64,000 nt of DNA from the human T2T-CHM13v2.0 reference genome, Homo sapiens: NCBI RefSeq assembly GCF_009914755.1, contig NC_060929.1; one strand, 5' to 3'. The translations under genes were made by a program, and so were the position numbers. A model generated the notes under the pieces. That model made no database searches, was not told the origin of the DNA, and saw only the letters and a program-made list of their open reading frames with translations. Shown here one piece after another: positions 14,282 through 28,440 of this stretch; positions within the stretch are counted from its first letter, which is position 1; the number at the start of each line of letters is the position of its first letter.

Positions 14282-15178
14282 CCTGGAAATCTGATTTTTA
14301 AATTTCCAGTGGAAAAATGGATCTATCTGTCTTCACCTTTCCTGCCTAAGCTATCAACTTGAAGCTATCTACTTCGCCGTCCTGCTTTGAGCCTTCACCC
14401 CTTAAGTTCTTTCTCTGCCTGGCAACTAGAAATAGGTATTAAAAAGGAAAATTTGACCATGTTAAACCTTTTCCATCAACTGCACAAAAAGCTCCAAGCT
14501 CCTTGTAATGACTAAAAGACAACCCACTCCCCACTATGACTTGAGTTTTATCTACTTTTCTAACTTCATATAATTGCATTTTAGAGATGCACTTTACTGT
14601 GTAGCGTCTAGTGGTAGTGGCCTGTATATCTTGAAAATAACATTATTTCCCGTATATCTGTGTCTTTATTACTGAAAAGGATTTCCCTGCTTCCTTTGCC
14701 CTTTAAAAAATTTGTTTGTTTTTGATGTTGTTATTGTTCTGAATTTTTCTAATAAACACGTAACTTCCTGTAGAATAGTGTTTACATCCAAAGCTATTAA
14801 AAGGATTTCTAGCATATTCACTGATAACCCTAGAACCTAGAGGAGGTAACTATTAACAACAGTTTCTTTTTAGAATTTTATATATTTTTATATTTCACTG
14901 CTTATTCTTTGTATATAATTCAGAATATTCTTTTGTATTTAATAATGCAACAAACATTTTCTTGTATTTAAAAAATTCTTTATAAATATTTAATGGCTAT
15001 TAGTATTCTAGTACGTAAGTATACTTTTAATTGTTAATGTGTTCCCTCAATTTAATATTATATTGATTAGCTAATATAATGTTTTGAATAGTATTGTTTA
15101 GATATTTACATTGCTTAGCTGTGGAAATAGTTTAAATATTTTTTGTTTACTATATTTCTGTTTTTCTCCTTACACTAA

Positions 15179-15477
15179 TTTTTTTTTTTTTTTTTTGAGA
15201 CAGAGTCTCACCCTGTCACCCAGGCTGGAGTGCAGTGATACAGTCTCGGCTCACTGTAACCTCCACCTCCTGGGTTCCAGTGATTCTTGTGCCTCAGCCT
15301 CCTGAGTAGCTGGGACTACACACACGCACCACCATGCTGGCTAATTTTTGTATTTTTAGTAGAGACAGGATGTCGCCATGTTTGCCAGGCTGGTCTCGAA
15401 CGCCTTACCTCGGGTGATCTGCCTGCCTCGGCCTCCCAAAGTGCTAGGATTACAGGCATGAGCCACCACATCTGGCC
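15179..15477 (-). mobile_element. Alu (AluS)
   Basis: Poly(T) plus reverse Alu dimer; TSD tccttacactaa at 15167-15178 and 15478-15489. Confidence 0.95.
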
Positions 15478-15779
15478 TCCTTACACTAAATTTCTAAAAG
15501 TAGGAATCATTGGATTGAAAGACAGACTATTTCTAAGTTATAGTTTTTTCTGATTATAAAATTATAAATGCTAGATATAAGAAATGTATAAAGTATGAAA
15601 AATAATTATAATGCTGCCACCTAACAATAAGTATTGCTAATATTTTGGTAAGTCATCAAGTTATTTTTCTCTTCTTTCTTGCCATCTTTTATAGATGATT
15701 TTAATATTCTTTTAGTATTTACATAGAAAAGCATAGATGACTTATTATAGTTTAATTGAAATTATTACTTTTGTGTTTT

Positions 15780-17355
15780 TTTGTGTTGTCATTTATATTT
15801 TCTTATATATTTACCCCTCTTTGTGCTCTTCATTTTTCCCTGCAATCTCATGTTTCCCTCTGATATTATTTTCTTTCTGCCTGAAGACTTAACGTTTCTT
15901 TCAGTACAAGTTTGCTGGTAACCCATACACTCAGTTTTTGTTTCTCTGAAGGCATTTTTATCATTTTCTAAGGATATTTTTGCTGGATATAGATTTTTAG
16001 GCTGGCAGTATTTTTTTGTTTCCTCACCACCTCAAATATATAATTCCATTTTCTCCTGGCTTTCTTAATTATTTTGATATGTCAGCTGATGATCTTATTG
16101 TTGCTTCTTTGAACAGTGTAATCTTATTTTTACTGGCTGCTTCTCAGATTTTGCCTTTTCATAGGGGATTTAACATGACACACCAGGTGTATTTTCTCCG
16201 TTTGGGGATCACAGAGTTTTTTTGTATCTGTGGGTTAGTCCCTTTCCTTAGTTTTGGGAAATTCTCAGCTATTCAGGTAATTATATTGTGCTATTTTCTC
16301 TTTTATTTCCATCTACACATATCCTATTTCACATATTAGATCTTTTCACTGAGTTCCCTGTGTCCCTAACGTTCTTTTCTATATTGCATATTCTTTTTTT
16401 CACCACTTCCATTTGTATGGTTTTTATTGACTTCTCTTTTGCTGAGTTAAATATATTTATTCTGCTATTGTTAAAGATATCTTTGGAGTTTTTAACTGTA
16501 AATATTTATCCTTTTAGAATTTCATTTGATTATTTTGTAATGTGTTAATTTCTATGGTAAAATTCTCTACCTTGTCCTCTACTTGATTCATGTTTTTCTC
16601 TTTCCTTGGCCATATTAATTATAATTTTAAAGTCATGTCAGCTAACTTCAATATCTGGGTCATGTATAGTTCTAGTTTCTTTTTTTCTTGGTGTTTAGTC
16701 ACGTGGCTCTGTCTTTTGTGATGCCTCTTAATTTCATATTGAGTACTAGACAATTGTGCATAAAATTTAGAGAGACTCTAGAAAATATCTTCTTCTAGAT
16801 AGATGTTCCAATCAAGGACTATGTTAAATTGAGACTGATTTATTCAACCTGTTGTTCACCTGGCTTTCTAAGTAATTTTTCAACTAATAGCCTGCTTATA
16901 TTCTGTAGGCCCTATCCCCTGGTGGGTTCTGGAATGTCATGAGATGTCTCTGCTCTACTTTTCAGAAGCTTTCTGTTCAGGTTTTAAGCTTCCCTTTCTG
17001 CGCAGCCTCAGTATTTGGCACTTGTCGTAATGAAAAAATCAACTGTGTACCTGAAGCCTCCCAAAGTCTCCACAAAATGCTCTTTTGATCTCTTTGTTCC
17101 CCAGTGATTTCTTCCAGACTTTCCACTAGGTTTTGCATGGAACTCACAGCCTCTCCCTTGCTGAGAATTGGCATGCCCCAGAGTGAAAATGACTGCAGAA
17201 GGCTGGTCACTTTTCTGAAGTTTTTTCCTCTCTTCAGCAGTTTTTCTGTTGCCCTCAGGCAAATGATTATTATTTTTTATCTGGCTTTTCTAGTTGGCTA
17301 GTAGAAGTGAGAGCTCTTGTTTGTTGACAGCTACTCCATTTCCCCTGGAAGTGGA
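15780..17355 (-). mobile_element. Ancient L1M 5'UTR/ORF1 remnant
   Basis: ggatatttttgctggatatagatttttaggctggcag and ttttgggaaattctcagctatt (typical antisense L1M ORF1); ends ctactccatttcccctggaagt. Confidence 0.65.
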
Positions 17356-18045
17356 AACATCATTTATTTCTCAACTTCAATTTGACAAAAATAAAGTGCT
17401 CACCTTTTTTTCAAAAGAGTGTTTATATTTCTGTTGATTTATAAGAGCACTTTACAAGTTTTACTATTTTTTTTTTTTTAGTTTTTGTTCTTTAATCTCA
17501 TTTTTAAGATAGAAAAATTTTTAGGTTTTTGTTACCAAATCTGTCAGCCTTTTACTTCATTGTATTTTTCAGTTATGGCTAGAAAGACCTTTTGTACCAC
17601 AGATTATATATTTATTTTTTCTACTAACTTTGTATCTTTTTTATGTTTCAAAATTTACATTTATCTGGAATCAGTGTTGACATATTGTTTTAATGCATCT
17701 AGTAACCATTTGTCTTGCTCATCTATTATTAAGGATGTATGTATATTATAGAATTGTTTTGCCCATCTCATGATCATTTTCCTTCCCTCACCTTTCTTCC
17801 AAGAAATGAAATTCAGTGGGATTTTGGTTGGCACTGCATAAGACTTACGAATGAATTTTGGGAGAGTTGTGCTTTTGCATTATTTTAGTTTTCTTATTTA
17901 GAAAGATATGTCTCTCCATTCATTTTTATGTTCTACTAAGTGACATTTTTTCATTTTCTGCGTATATTATACATTCTGCTCATTTTGTATAAAATTAATT
18001 TTCTGTTTTGATTGGTCTCCTGAAGATTGTTAATCTTCCTAACAG

Positions 18046-18047
<2 letters not shown>

Positions 18048-18082
<35 letters not shown>

Positions 18083-18098
18083 TGTGTCTGTGTGTCTG
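18048..18098. repeat. (TG)n microsatellite with TGTC tail
   Basis: About 17 perfect GT units, then (gtct/gtgt). Confidence 0.95.
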
Positions 18099-18559
18099 CA
18101 TGCATACGTATGCATCCCATGACATGCTATTACATACCTTTGTCTTATTGCCTACCCTGTTATATTGAACTTACCAGTTTGTTTCTGTGCCTCTCCCTCC
18201 TAAACTGTAGGTACTTTGTTGACTGGGATTATGTATTCATATTCATAAGTTTATAACTACACATACCATACAGCATCTTTCTCTCCTTTCTTTGCTTGCT
18301 TTTTAACTTAGCCATAAGCCATGTGGTTACTTTGAATGTGTATTCTCACCACTACCATGTTATCAGAATTCTTGTTTCAAGATATCTGTATTATCACCTG
18401 TTGTTAATTTCCTTTATTTAGATTTATACATGCCTTACACAAAAAAAGGATTTATGACAGCTCATTGACCTGGGTTTGTTAAATCGTTCACTGTACTACC
18501 CAGTGTGATGATGTGCCAGGGTCCTTGGTCAGGATACCATGAGAGTCTTGTAAGGGAAA

Positions 18560-18780
18560 GGAGAGAAGTGAATTGTTATTGAGATTCTTTTTTTGTGCTT
18601 GGTCTGAGCTAGGTGGTTTTCTAAACATTTTATAATTTAACATTAACAATAATCTTGTTTCCCGATTTTATAGATGAGGATATTAAGTCTTGGGGAAGTG
18701 AAATAACTTGTCCAAAGCCTCTGAAACTCTAAGTGACATGGTGGGGATTTGAGTTTGAATGTGTCTGACTCAAGAGCCCA
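18560..18780 (-). mobile_element. MIR SINE
   Basis: MIR core ttttatagatgaggatattaag...gtgaaataacttgtccaaag...gggatttgagtttgaatgtgtctgactcaagagcc. Other MIR-like remnants near 12110, 12745, 36700, 37500 and 52770. Confidence 0.7.
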
Positions 18781-21700
18781 GGAATCACACAATTGTGATT
18801 TTTGAAGATCTAGTATAACTCAAAAAGACACTCTTAGTTTTTAAGGTCTTGAATTTTTTCCTGTCAATATGGTAAGCATTATATTTTAAACCTAGAAAAC
18901 AAAATGGTATATATCAAAAGAACTTCAAATCTAGATATTGCAACTTTTGTTAACATGTAAATTCATGTTTCCATATTCAGAATACTGTATAAAGCTTAAT
19001 GTTTTTCTTTAGGTTATATTCCACTAATGAGGCTACTTAGAGAAGATGAATGCATTCTTGTTTGAAATGATTTTTTTAATATGTTGTCATTGATTAAGAG
19101 TCAGACAAAATGAGCTCTAATTTTTGCTTTATTCTTAACTTTCTTTGTAATATTGAATGTGCCATTTGCCCCATCTTTACAAAGGGACTAATTATATAAT
19201 TTATATTTTCGAAGAATTGAAAAGCACTTTTTAAGGAATTGAAATAATCAAAATGGAACTGCTCTGATAAAACTATAAAGCCCCACATCAGTAGATACTA
19301 TTTACAAGTAATAAATTCTCCTAGTGGTATTTTTCTGCACTGATGATTCATTAACTACTGAACATTATTCTGTGCTAGGTACCTATAGTAAGCACATGAA
19401 ATTACAGTTATTTTTCATATGCCTTTTGGTGTTTGCTTAACTGATTTTAAAGTGCACTTATAAAGAACTTGAAAAAATATGTATTTTTTTAATCTTCATT
19501 ACACAATCATAAAAATATGTAAGTTGCTTTTAAAATGTTTCCTCAAATATCGTTTTTGCTTACTTCATGCAGTGAGGTCATGAGATGAACTCCTTAGTAT
19601 ATATTGCAAGTTTTTTTCTGTTCCAGTGTTCCAGTATATAAATTTTCTTTCACAAATATAATATACTTGAAATGTAAATAGCTTATTGCTTATCTGAGCT
19701 TCCTGAGGAGAGAGCCTCTCTGGGGATATTGGCCTTGCTAAGGAGAAAGTTCTTCACATTTGAATTTGGATGCAACTAAGGGAATCTCCACAGGAAACTT
19801 CAGCTGTCACAACTGTCACAAAGATCCTTATATGCCTGGCCTGTGAGTGAAGTAGTTAAGAAGATGGGTGTGGAGGTGAAATTGCATTATAAGCCCTATT
19901 GTGGCACTTTTTACCTGGGCCTGTCTTGGCAACATTCCTGCTCTTGTTGAACCTCAGTTTCCTTATATGTCCAGTGAGAAGAATGAAAGGTTGCCCCACA
20001 GGGGTTGCCCATGCAGGTCTGAGGACCAGCCCAGGCATGCAGGATGCACTCTGAATGAAGGTCCCTCTGACCAAGGGGCATGTTCCTTCCACTTTGTACT
20101 GCAGCCAGTCCTAGAAGGAAGCCTGTGTGCTCCCAGTCTGTTGTTCACATTTTAGTGGGCACTGATTAGATTTACCTCAAAGAGAAAATTCAGTATTCCA
20201 TAGTTGTCTTTTTTAACATGATATGAATTACTTCTATGAAAGGTGAAGGAATTTTTAGTATACTCATCCTCAGTAGAATCTTCAAGGACAGCCACGTTTA
20301 CACTGGGATTCTTCCATAAAGTGATTCCCAGTTTGATAGGAGCATACAGATGTTCTTTCATTTTTGTCCATTCGTTTTTCTCCAGCCAAAGTAGATTATC
20401 TTCTGCCCTCTAGTTTGATTGGCAGGTAACATATGAATGCTTTTTCTTCATGAGGTGAGAGTTTTTCCTTGTATATGGAGAACTGAGATAATTGCTCATA
20501 ACCCTGAATTATGGGGGCCCAATGTCACAGTGAGAACTAGGAGGCTGGACGTGACTTGGTGACAGATGATACGTAAGAAGCTAATGCTGATGTGGTGGAA
20601 ATTGGAGAAGAAAAAAGCACTGACCTTACAGCTAAAATTGAAATTAACCCTCCCCATTCTGAAGATATAAACATAATTCTTTTGTTAATGTGGATCAAAT
20701 ATTGTTAATTTTCAGTAAGTGAGTATGATATTATGATATACTGAAACCTATTGGTTTCATTCACAACTAGAGGGCCTGAAAGGACTCATGTTTGGGGATA
20801 TTGGCAGTATAACAAATGTTTGACTACCAAATGTGATGACAATGAAAATTAAGTTATTTATGATTGTATACTTATTTCCAAAGGAAATATCTATATATGA
20901 TCATCCTTTCTCTGTACTCTACTTAAAATGTACATAGATAGGAGTTCGTGTGTCAGATAAATTTGTTCTGTGATGCACATAAAAAACATGCTGTGAATCT
21001 CTAATTATGTTAAAAATTATTTTCTTAGTGCAACATTATACTCATTATATACTCTACACATTTAGTCTTTGAATAGATTCCTGGCATGATAATTACATAA
21101 TCATTCAGTACAGTAGAAACATCGTTATGGTCAAATACTAATTAGCTACTAAAATGAAACAAAATAGAACCTAGTTCATAGCTTATTATAAAAAGTGATT
21201 TAATAGGGTGCAAAACCAAATATATGGTTAAAATTATTGTTTGCATTAAGTATGAGTACTTTTTTTTCATAGAAGGAATTAGTGTTCTGGATGCTTATTA
21301 TCTAATTTATTGCTTGGACACACATTATAGTATCACAGTCTTCATGACCTTTGGCTGTAGTGGAGCACCCAAAGAACATGCCAGTAGGGATTCTAGGCTT
21401 AGTGTGCCTAGGTATGCCTCAGGGCTACTACAGAATTAGGAGATTGGCCAAAGTTTTCAGGCACCATTTTCTCAAGTTCTTTAAATACTAGCTCTGTAAG
21501 CCTTTGGGAACATGGGTTTCAGTAGTAAATCACTCATTTCTGGGGTTCTGCTTTGAACATCTTTGGTACAGAGAATGAGTGATCCACCACTGTTTTTCTT
21601 CCCCATTGCACCTTAGAAATATAGGACAGTCCCATTGGTAATAATGAATCCTGGCCGTTGCAGTTAGCCAGGTGTGTTTGTGAATGGGGAACAGTCAGGC

Positions 21701-23480
21701 GAAATGTAATCTCTGGTAGGAGGGCTGTGGGAGGCTGCAAATAGATTGACAAATCTCTGAGGTAAGTCTGTTGAGTATACCTCTCAAGAGGGCATCACCC
21801 TCCCTCGCCTTGAGAATTGCTTCTGTGCGTAAAATGGGATTTTATCTAAGTACTAGGAGGATTCGTTGCTCTTTGTAAATATGTTTGTGACTATGTGGTT
21901 TCATCTGTTCATCTCTTGTATACATATGGAATCTCAGTGAACATAAGTAATACAAGTTAGGTCCTGTTATCCTGATGCATACTGTAAGCCTAATAGGAAT
22001 TAGAGACATTCTTAATGTCATTATCACCTTTGGTATCTCAGAATGTTGCTTTAACATAAATGCTTCTGATGAACAATTTATAAGTCTAGTGTCATGGATT
22101 TTGTGTTATATCCTCTTTCTTTTTCTTCATTTTTCCTGTTGTCTTTTTTCCCTTTAGTTTTGGCCCCTGTAGGTATTCATTTTATTTCTTAATGAACACT
22201 TTGTAATGCAATTAAAGCAAAAATATATAGAACACATATACAGGATGGAAGAATACTGGTAAGCTTGGTGCTACCATCTATAGCTACAATGTATTGGGGG
22301 AGAGGTGGTTGTTATCCAACTATTCAGTGTGTTCCTGCGGTTACAAAATTGTATAGGAAAACAAAAATATTTCAGATCATGAAAATATGCACTAGTGAAT
22401 CAGTGAGTTATATTATTAGTCCAACATCCTCTTTGAAATACTCTTCATTTGAAGACAATATGATGCAAATTGATTATAAATTATAAAATCATAAACCTTG
22501 CAGAGGATGCAGATTTCATGAAGTCTGCAATGTGATGGTCTAGAACGTCTCTGCTCACAGGCAAAGCCATGAAAGAATGACAGTCTGGCAGAGTTATGCT
22601 AGTAAGAAAATCAAGGCTGTTGGGTACCTCAACTGAGAATTATTTGAACATCAGAACTGGGAGAGGATTTTAGGAAAAATAAAGTCCTTAAATATTTTTT
22701 CAAATACAGTTTACTAATAAAACCATCATGTAAAAATTAAATGTTATGTGAAGGATGTCATAATATGCTGGTATAAAATATTGGAAAAATTGTGTCCCAA
22801 ATTTCAGTTCATTTATGTTTTTGTTCATACCAAAAGTTGCACGTAGTTGCAAATATTGCCTAAACTTATTTTAATAGTTTGCATTTTCCTTTTTCTACCT
22901 AATCCCAATCAATTTTTTTTTTCACCATTACTTACTATAAACATTTGGGGCCCTGTTACAAGTGGATTCACTTCAAGTGACCTTTTTTAGAATCAACTTT
23001 CTTTAATAATAAAGTCCCATTGTATATAAAATATATGTGTGAATTATGTGATTTTCCATATATAGCCATACATTCTTAGTGGTCTAAAATGAATATTAGA
23101 TTTTTAACTGGAACTCATTGTGATGAAATTGCAAACAAATTGTGAATTTTTTTTATTCTGTGAGATTAGGTAGGAATCAGGGTATTAGTTGTATGGAGCT
23201 CATTCTTTTAAACAGATGAATAAAACCGTATTTATATAAGTCTTTTTCTGGGGTACAGAAAAGCTTTATTACACATCTATGAATATCTTCCATTTGTAAA
23301 GCATTAATTCTTTAGAAAGGGCTTCTGAATCATTATTTAATTACCCTTTGTACTGTGTGATATTTGTTGTGATGAAATTGCCTGTTCTCTGAAAGTTCTC
23401 ACAGAATATTCCTGTTAATTCTTCTCCATGAGTTGACTCTATGACTGTCCATGAACTGAAGTATTATGAAGGGTTTGGAA

Positions 23481-23663
<183 letters not shown>

Positions 23664-23734
23664 CTACATGTATATGTATATGTAAGAAGTAAAAATATTT
23701 TGAGATCCCAATAATGAAGCAGCTGTTTTTGCAG

Positions 23735-23900
23735 GTACCTTGTGGTCTATAATCCTTTAGAACAAGACCGAATCTCGTTGGTCTCAGTCTATGTGAGTTC
23801 CCCGACAGTGCAAGTGTTCTCTGCTTCAGGAAAACCTGTGGAAGTTCAAGTCAGCGCAGTTTGGGATACAGCAAATACTATTTCAGAAACAGCCTATGAG
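23735..23900 (+). CDS. MAN2A1: Golgi alpha-mannosidase II coding exon (probably exon 13)
   Basis: Acceptor tttttgcag|G, donor GAG|gtatgt; 166 nt, phase 2->0. Translates (R)YLVVYNPLEQDRISLVSVYVSSPTVQVFSASGKPVEVQVSAVWDTANTISETAYE, which contains the GH38 VVYNPL motif and matches recalled human MAN2A1. Confidence 0.97.
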
Positions 23901-24574
23901 GTATGTTGTAGCCATAGAACTTAAGGAGGCATTGTAAAACAAACCTAGCCAGTATATAATTTGTGTATGTACAGTAGCCCCCATTTAGCCATCATGTTGG
24001 TGTATGTGAGGTGATGAAAGTTGTAAATACCAGAGAGTTTAACTGGTGGGTCAAATGACACTAAAGGAAAAATGATCCTGTGTTCCCTAAAATGTTAATT
24101 TCTTTGTTAGTATATATATTGTATCTTATTATATGTTGTTCATATGTATATTGTATATCTTTGTAAGGATGCATACTGTTTATTCTAAGGTAATGCAGTA
24201 ATTATTACTCATAAAATTTTGAATGTTTTGCTCTAAGTGAATTTAATGATAATTATGCATATCGAAAGTGAGATAAATACCACCCTTAGTAACTTTGGAT
24301 AGTTTTAGGTTTTCATTGCAAAGGTGACATAACACACCATGGAAGAGAAATGCCCTAAAATAATTAAGATGCTTCTTTTGTGAGATATAATTGTGGAAAA
24401 TCTGTGCTCAAGTTAATAGGTATTTTTTGTGCCAAAGTTTCTTAAAATAAGCAATATTAAACTGATCACTGTACCACTAGAAAGGTTAGACTTTTAAAAT
24501 CTGGAATGTCATTTAAACGGCATTTCTGGAGATACAGCCATAAACTAGGAACTCTAAGAATTGTTTCTGCTTGA

Positions 24575-24843
<269 letters not shown>

Positions 24844-25353
24844 TTCTAGCTACTCTTAAATATGCATCATCTTTTAGATAGAAAGGTAAACTATAATAAA
24901 AATTTTGGTCAGATTTTACAGGAAGCTTTCCATCTAGAAAATGGAACAGCAACAGCTCCTGGAAAGCAGGGGTCATGTCTTAAACTGTGTGCATCCCCCA
25001 TGCTCTGTTCAGTGTCTGCTGAACCTCAAGCATTTGATGGCTAATGCTAACTTGTTTAATATTTATATTATGTTTATCATTTTTATTAACCGAAATATCA
25101 TAATATTGCAAAAAAAATTAATAATTAGGAAATGGCATTGTTGTGAAGCCCTTACATTCATGGAAAATTTCCTTCTCTAGGCATTCTAGAGTACAGCCAA
25201 ACAATTGAGAATGATCATACAGGTTCACATATTGGATAAAAACATTAGTGCTTTTGATAGGCCTACCAACTTTAGGTTATTAGGTTCTCTGGATAAACTG
25301 AGACATGTATGGTTTACCCATAAGATATCAAACATTTATAGAATATTGTTACA

Positions 25354-26017
25354 CAGCCATGCCTTGGTATCTGTAGAGGACTGGTCCCAGGACCCTCTGG
25401 GGATAACAAAATCTATGGATGCTCAAGTCCTTTATATAAAATGGCATAGTACAGATGATCCCTGACTTACAATGGCTCAACCTAGATTTTTCAATTTTAT
25501 AATAGCGTGAAAGTAATGTGCATTCAGTAGCAACCGTACTTCAAGTACCCATACAACTATTCTATTTTTCGCTTTCAGTATAGTATATAATAAATTACAT
25601 AAGCTATTTATATTTAGTATAAAATATGATTTGTGTTAGGTGATTCTGCCCAACTGTGGGCTAATTTAAGTGTTCTGAGTACATGAAAGGTAGACTAGGC
25701 TAAGCTATGATTTTGGATAGGTTAGGTGTATTAAACACCTTTTTGACTTACGATATTTTCAAATTCTAATTGGACATAACCCAATCATGAGTTGAGGAGC
25801 ATCTGCATTTGCATATAACCTGCACACATCCTCTTGTGTATTTTAAATCATCTCTAAATTACTTGTAACATCTGATACAATGTAAATGCTATGTAAATAG
25901 TTATTATACTATAGTTTTTATTTGTATTTTTTGTTTTTTGTTTTTTTTTCAAACATTTTTTATCTGTAGTTGGTTGAAACTGTGGACATGGAACCTGTGG
26001 ATATGGAGGGCCAACTG
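25354..26017 (+). mobile_element. MER2 (Tigger-derived MITE), split by a nested MER47A
   Basis: 5' part cagccatgccttggtatctgtagaggactggtcccaggacc...atggcatagta; resumes at tttgcatataacct...atatggagggccaactg. Matches the recalled MER2 consensus. Confidence 0.85.
25452..25805 (-). mobile_element. MER47A (Tigger-family MITE) nested in MER2
   Basis: TIRs cagatgatccctgacttac / tgagttgaggagcatctg; internal ctaggctaagctatg...ggttaggtgtattaaa; inserted at a TA site. Confidence 0.85.
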
Positions 26018-26130
26018 GATTCTCTTTTTAAAAAATATGATAGTTTGTTGGTTTTACCAAAAATATAAATGGTTTGCCTCTCAGTAGATAACATTTATCT
26101 TTAATAAATTCCCTTCCCTATCTTTTAAAG

Positions 26131-26349
26131 ATCTCTTTTCGAGCACATATACCGCCATTGGGACTGAAAGTGTATAAGATTTTGGAATCAGCAAGTTCAA
26201 ATTCACATTTAGCTGATTATGTCTTGTATAAGAATAAAGTAGAAGATAGCGGAATTTTCACCATAAAGAATATGATAAATACTGAAGAAGGTATAACACT
26301 AGAGAACTCCTTTGTTTTACTTCGGTTTGATCAAACTGGACTTATGAAG
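26131..26349 (+). CDS. MAN2A1: MAN2A1 coding exon (probably exon 14)
   Basis: tcttttaaag|ATC ... ATGAAG|gtatgt; 219 nt, phase 0->0; ISFRAHIPPLGLKVYKILES...FDQTGLMK. Confidence 0.97.
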
Positions 26350-26681
26350 GTATGTTCTGAATAGTTCTAAAATTCATAGAATGCTTATCATTTTTGCTAC
26401 AATGTGTGTAGATTAATTAGGCAAAAGGGGAAAAAAGTCTTAAGTAGAGCTGTATCAAATACTCTTGAGTAAAAGGAAGCATGAGCTTTTTGCACCTTCA
26501 TTGACCACTTGCTGCTCACATGTATAGTCTGTGGGTGGCGCTACTCCATGGTCTGTGTGTCACTGGTCCACCAGATAAGTACAGAAATTATTTTTTTAAA
26601 TTGTCATATACATAGAACCAGATGCAACATGCTTAACATCTTAGTGGTGAGTTGCTTATTATTATTTTTTTTAATCTTTAG

Positions 26682-26804
26682 CAAATGATGACTAAAGAAG
26701 ATGGTAAACACCATGAAGTAAATGTGCAATTTTCATGGTATGGAACCACAATTAAAAGAGACAAAAGTGGTGCCTACCTCTTCTTACCTGATGGTAATGC
26801 CAAG
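26682..26804 (+). CDS. MAN2A1: MAN2A1 coding exon (probably exon 15)
   Basis: tctttag|CAA ... GCCAAG|gtaagt; 123 nt, phase 0->0; QMMTKEDGKHHEVNVQFSWYGTTIKRDKSGAYLFLPDGNAK, including the GH38 SGAYLF motif. Confidence 0.97.
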
Positions 26805-26988
26805 GTAAGTGGTACTGATGAGATGACAAATGGAATAAACACTTATTGAAAGAGTATTGAGGAAAAAGATAAGTGAGTGTCATTATTTTATCATCTGTTG
26901 ATTTATTAGGGATAGATGAACTTTTGGTTGCAGTATTATCTATCGCCTTATTGATACTTAGCAATTTGTAGTCGAAAGTTAGATAAAT

Positions 26989-27260
26989 GGTTGGGCGCAG
27001 TGGCTCACACCTGTAATCCCAGCATTTTGGGAGGCCAAGGAGGGTAGATTGCTTGAGCTCAGGAGTTCAAGACCAGCCTGGGCAACATGGCAAAACCCCT
27101 TTTCTACAAAAAATACAAAAATTAGGCATGGTGGCCTGCACCTACAGTCCCAGTTACTCAGGAAGGCTGAGGTGGGAGGATGGCTTGAGCCCGGAAGGCA
27201 GTTGCAGTGAGCCAAGATCACGCCACTGCACTCCAGCCTGGGTTGACGGAGCAAGACCCC
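26989..27260 (+). mobile_element. Alu (AluJ-like) lacking a poly(A) tail
   Basis: ggttgggcgcagtggctcacacc...gcaagacccc runs straight into the TSD gttagataaat (26978-26988 and 27261-27271). Confidence 0.93.
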
Positions 27261-27499
27261 GTTAGATAAATAGTTTTTTAGAGTTGGAATTTGTTAAGAT
27301 GCTACAATGAACAATGTTCAGTTAGGATAAACAATGAACATGGGAAGAAACTAGATTTTACGTAGAGTTAGGGAGCTTTATATGTATGCATTTTATACAG
27401 ACACAAAACCTCTAGCTGTATGGGAAAAATAGATTTTCCACTGGACCATTTTTCTCCTTAACTTTCAGCCCTTTAAAAAACAAATCTTTCTCACTCTTG

Positions 27500-28440
27500 A
27501 CTATAAAGGTAGTAATACGCAAACTCTGGCACATTTTGAAAATGCCAGAAACTAAAGAAAACATTAAAATTTACCAACAGGTGCACAATCCCATGAAAAC
27601 CATTGCCAACATTTGGATGTATTTCTTATTGTCTTTTATTTTATGCATATCCTTTTCTCCCCGTTCTCAAGTCTTGACTTATTGCATGTACATATTTTGT
27701 TTTTCATTTGTGACAGTGCTCACAATCTGATGGTATGTTTTTTAAAAATCCAATTTTAATATATACTGTTGTGTTTAAGATGTTGCTTATATTCTTTTTC
27801 TCCCGATTCTTCACTACCATAACATTGTAATAAGCTTTCTTTGTAGCATTCAAAAAGAATGCTACAATGCAATTCTGATTAATTGCTGAGAATAACTTTC
27901 TAGAAGAGTCATTTTGTATCAGTGTCTGAAGTCTTTTAAGGACTTTTGCTGTGTACTGCTTATCTTCCCTCTAGAAAGACTAGGTAAATGTTCAATCCCA
28001 CCAGCATTTTTTGAGATTAACTCTAAAATCCCACTCCAAGCACTGAGAATTGGCCATATTACAAGCTTTGCCTATAATAGTAAGTTAGTAGAAAAATATT
28101 TTTCTGTTAAGATTTTTGTGGTTACTAGTAAGGTTGAACGTTTTTGTACCTTCATTTATCTTTCATATTTCTTTTGTGATTTTCCTATTTCTATTCTTTG
28201 ACTGTTTTTCTGTTGGTGTGTCCTGATGATCTCTGAGCACTCTATATGTGGTAAAATTAATCCTTTTCCCTATATGTTGTAAAATTTTTCTTATTGTGTC
28301 ATTTAGTTTGTTAATTATTTTATTGTATTTCTCATTTATAGTGGTTTTAAATTTTTGTGTAGTCATTTCTTTTTTTTCTGTAGAGTTTCTTCCTTTGCTT
28401 TTATACCTTTATAGGTTTTCTATACCTCAAGATCAGTGAA
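27500..28440 (-). mobile_element. Old L1ME-like 3' fragments
   Basis: T-rich degenerate L1 3' motifs (cccaccagca, ttactagtaaggttgaac, tttttctgttggtgtgt). Boundaries approximate. Confidence 0.45.

Noticed and set aside
23731-23740. CAG|GTACCT at the exon start, resembling a recursive splice site
   Set aside because: GTACCT is a weak donor and is fixed by the coding sequence (R-Y-L).
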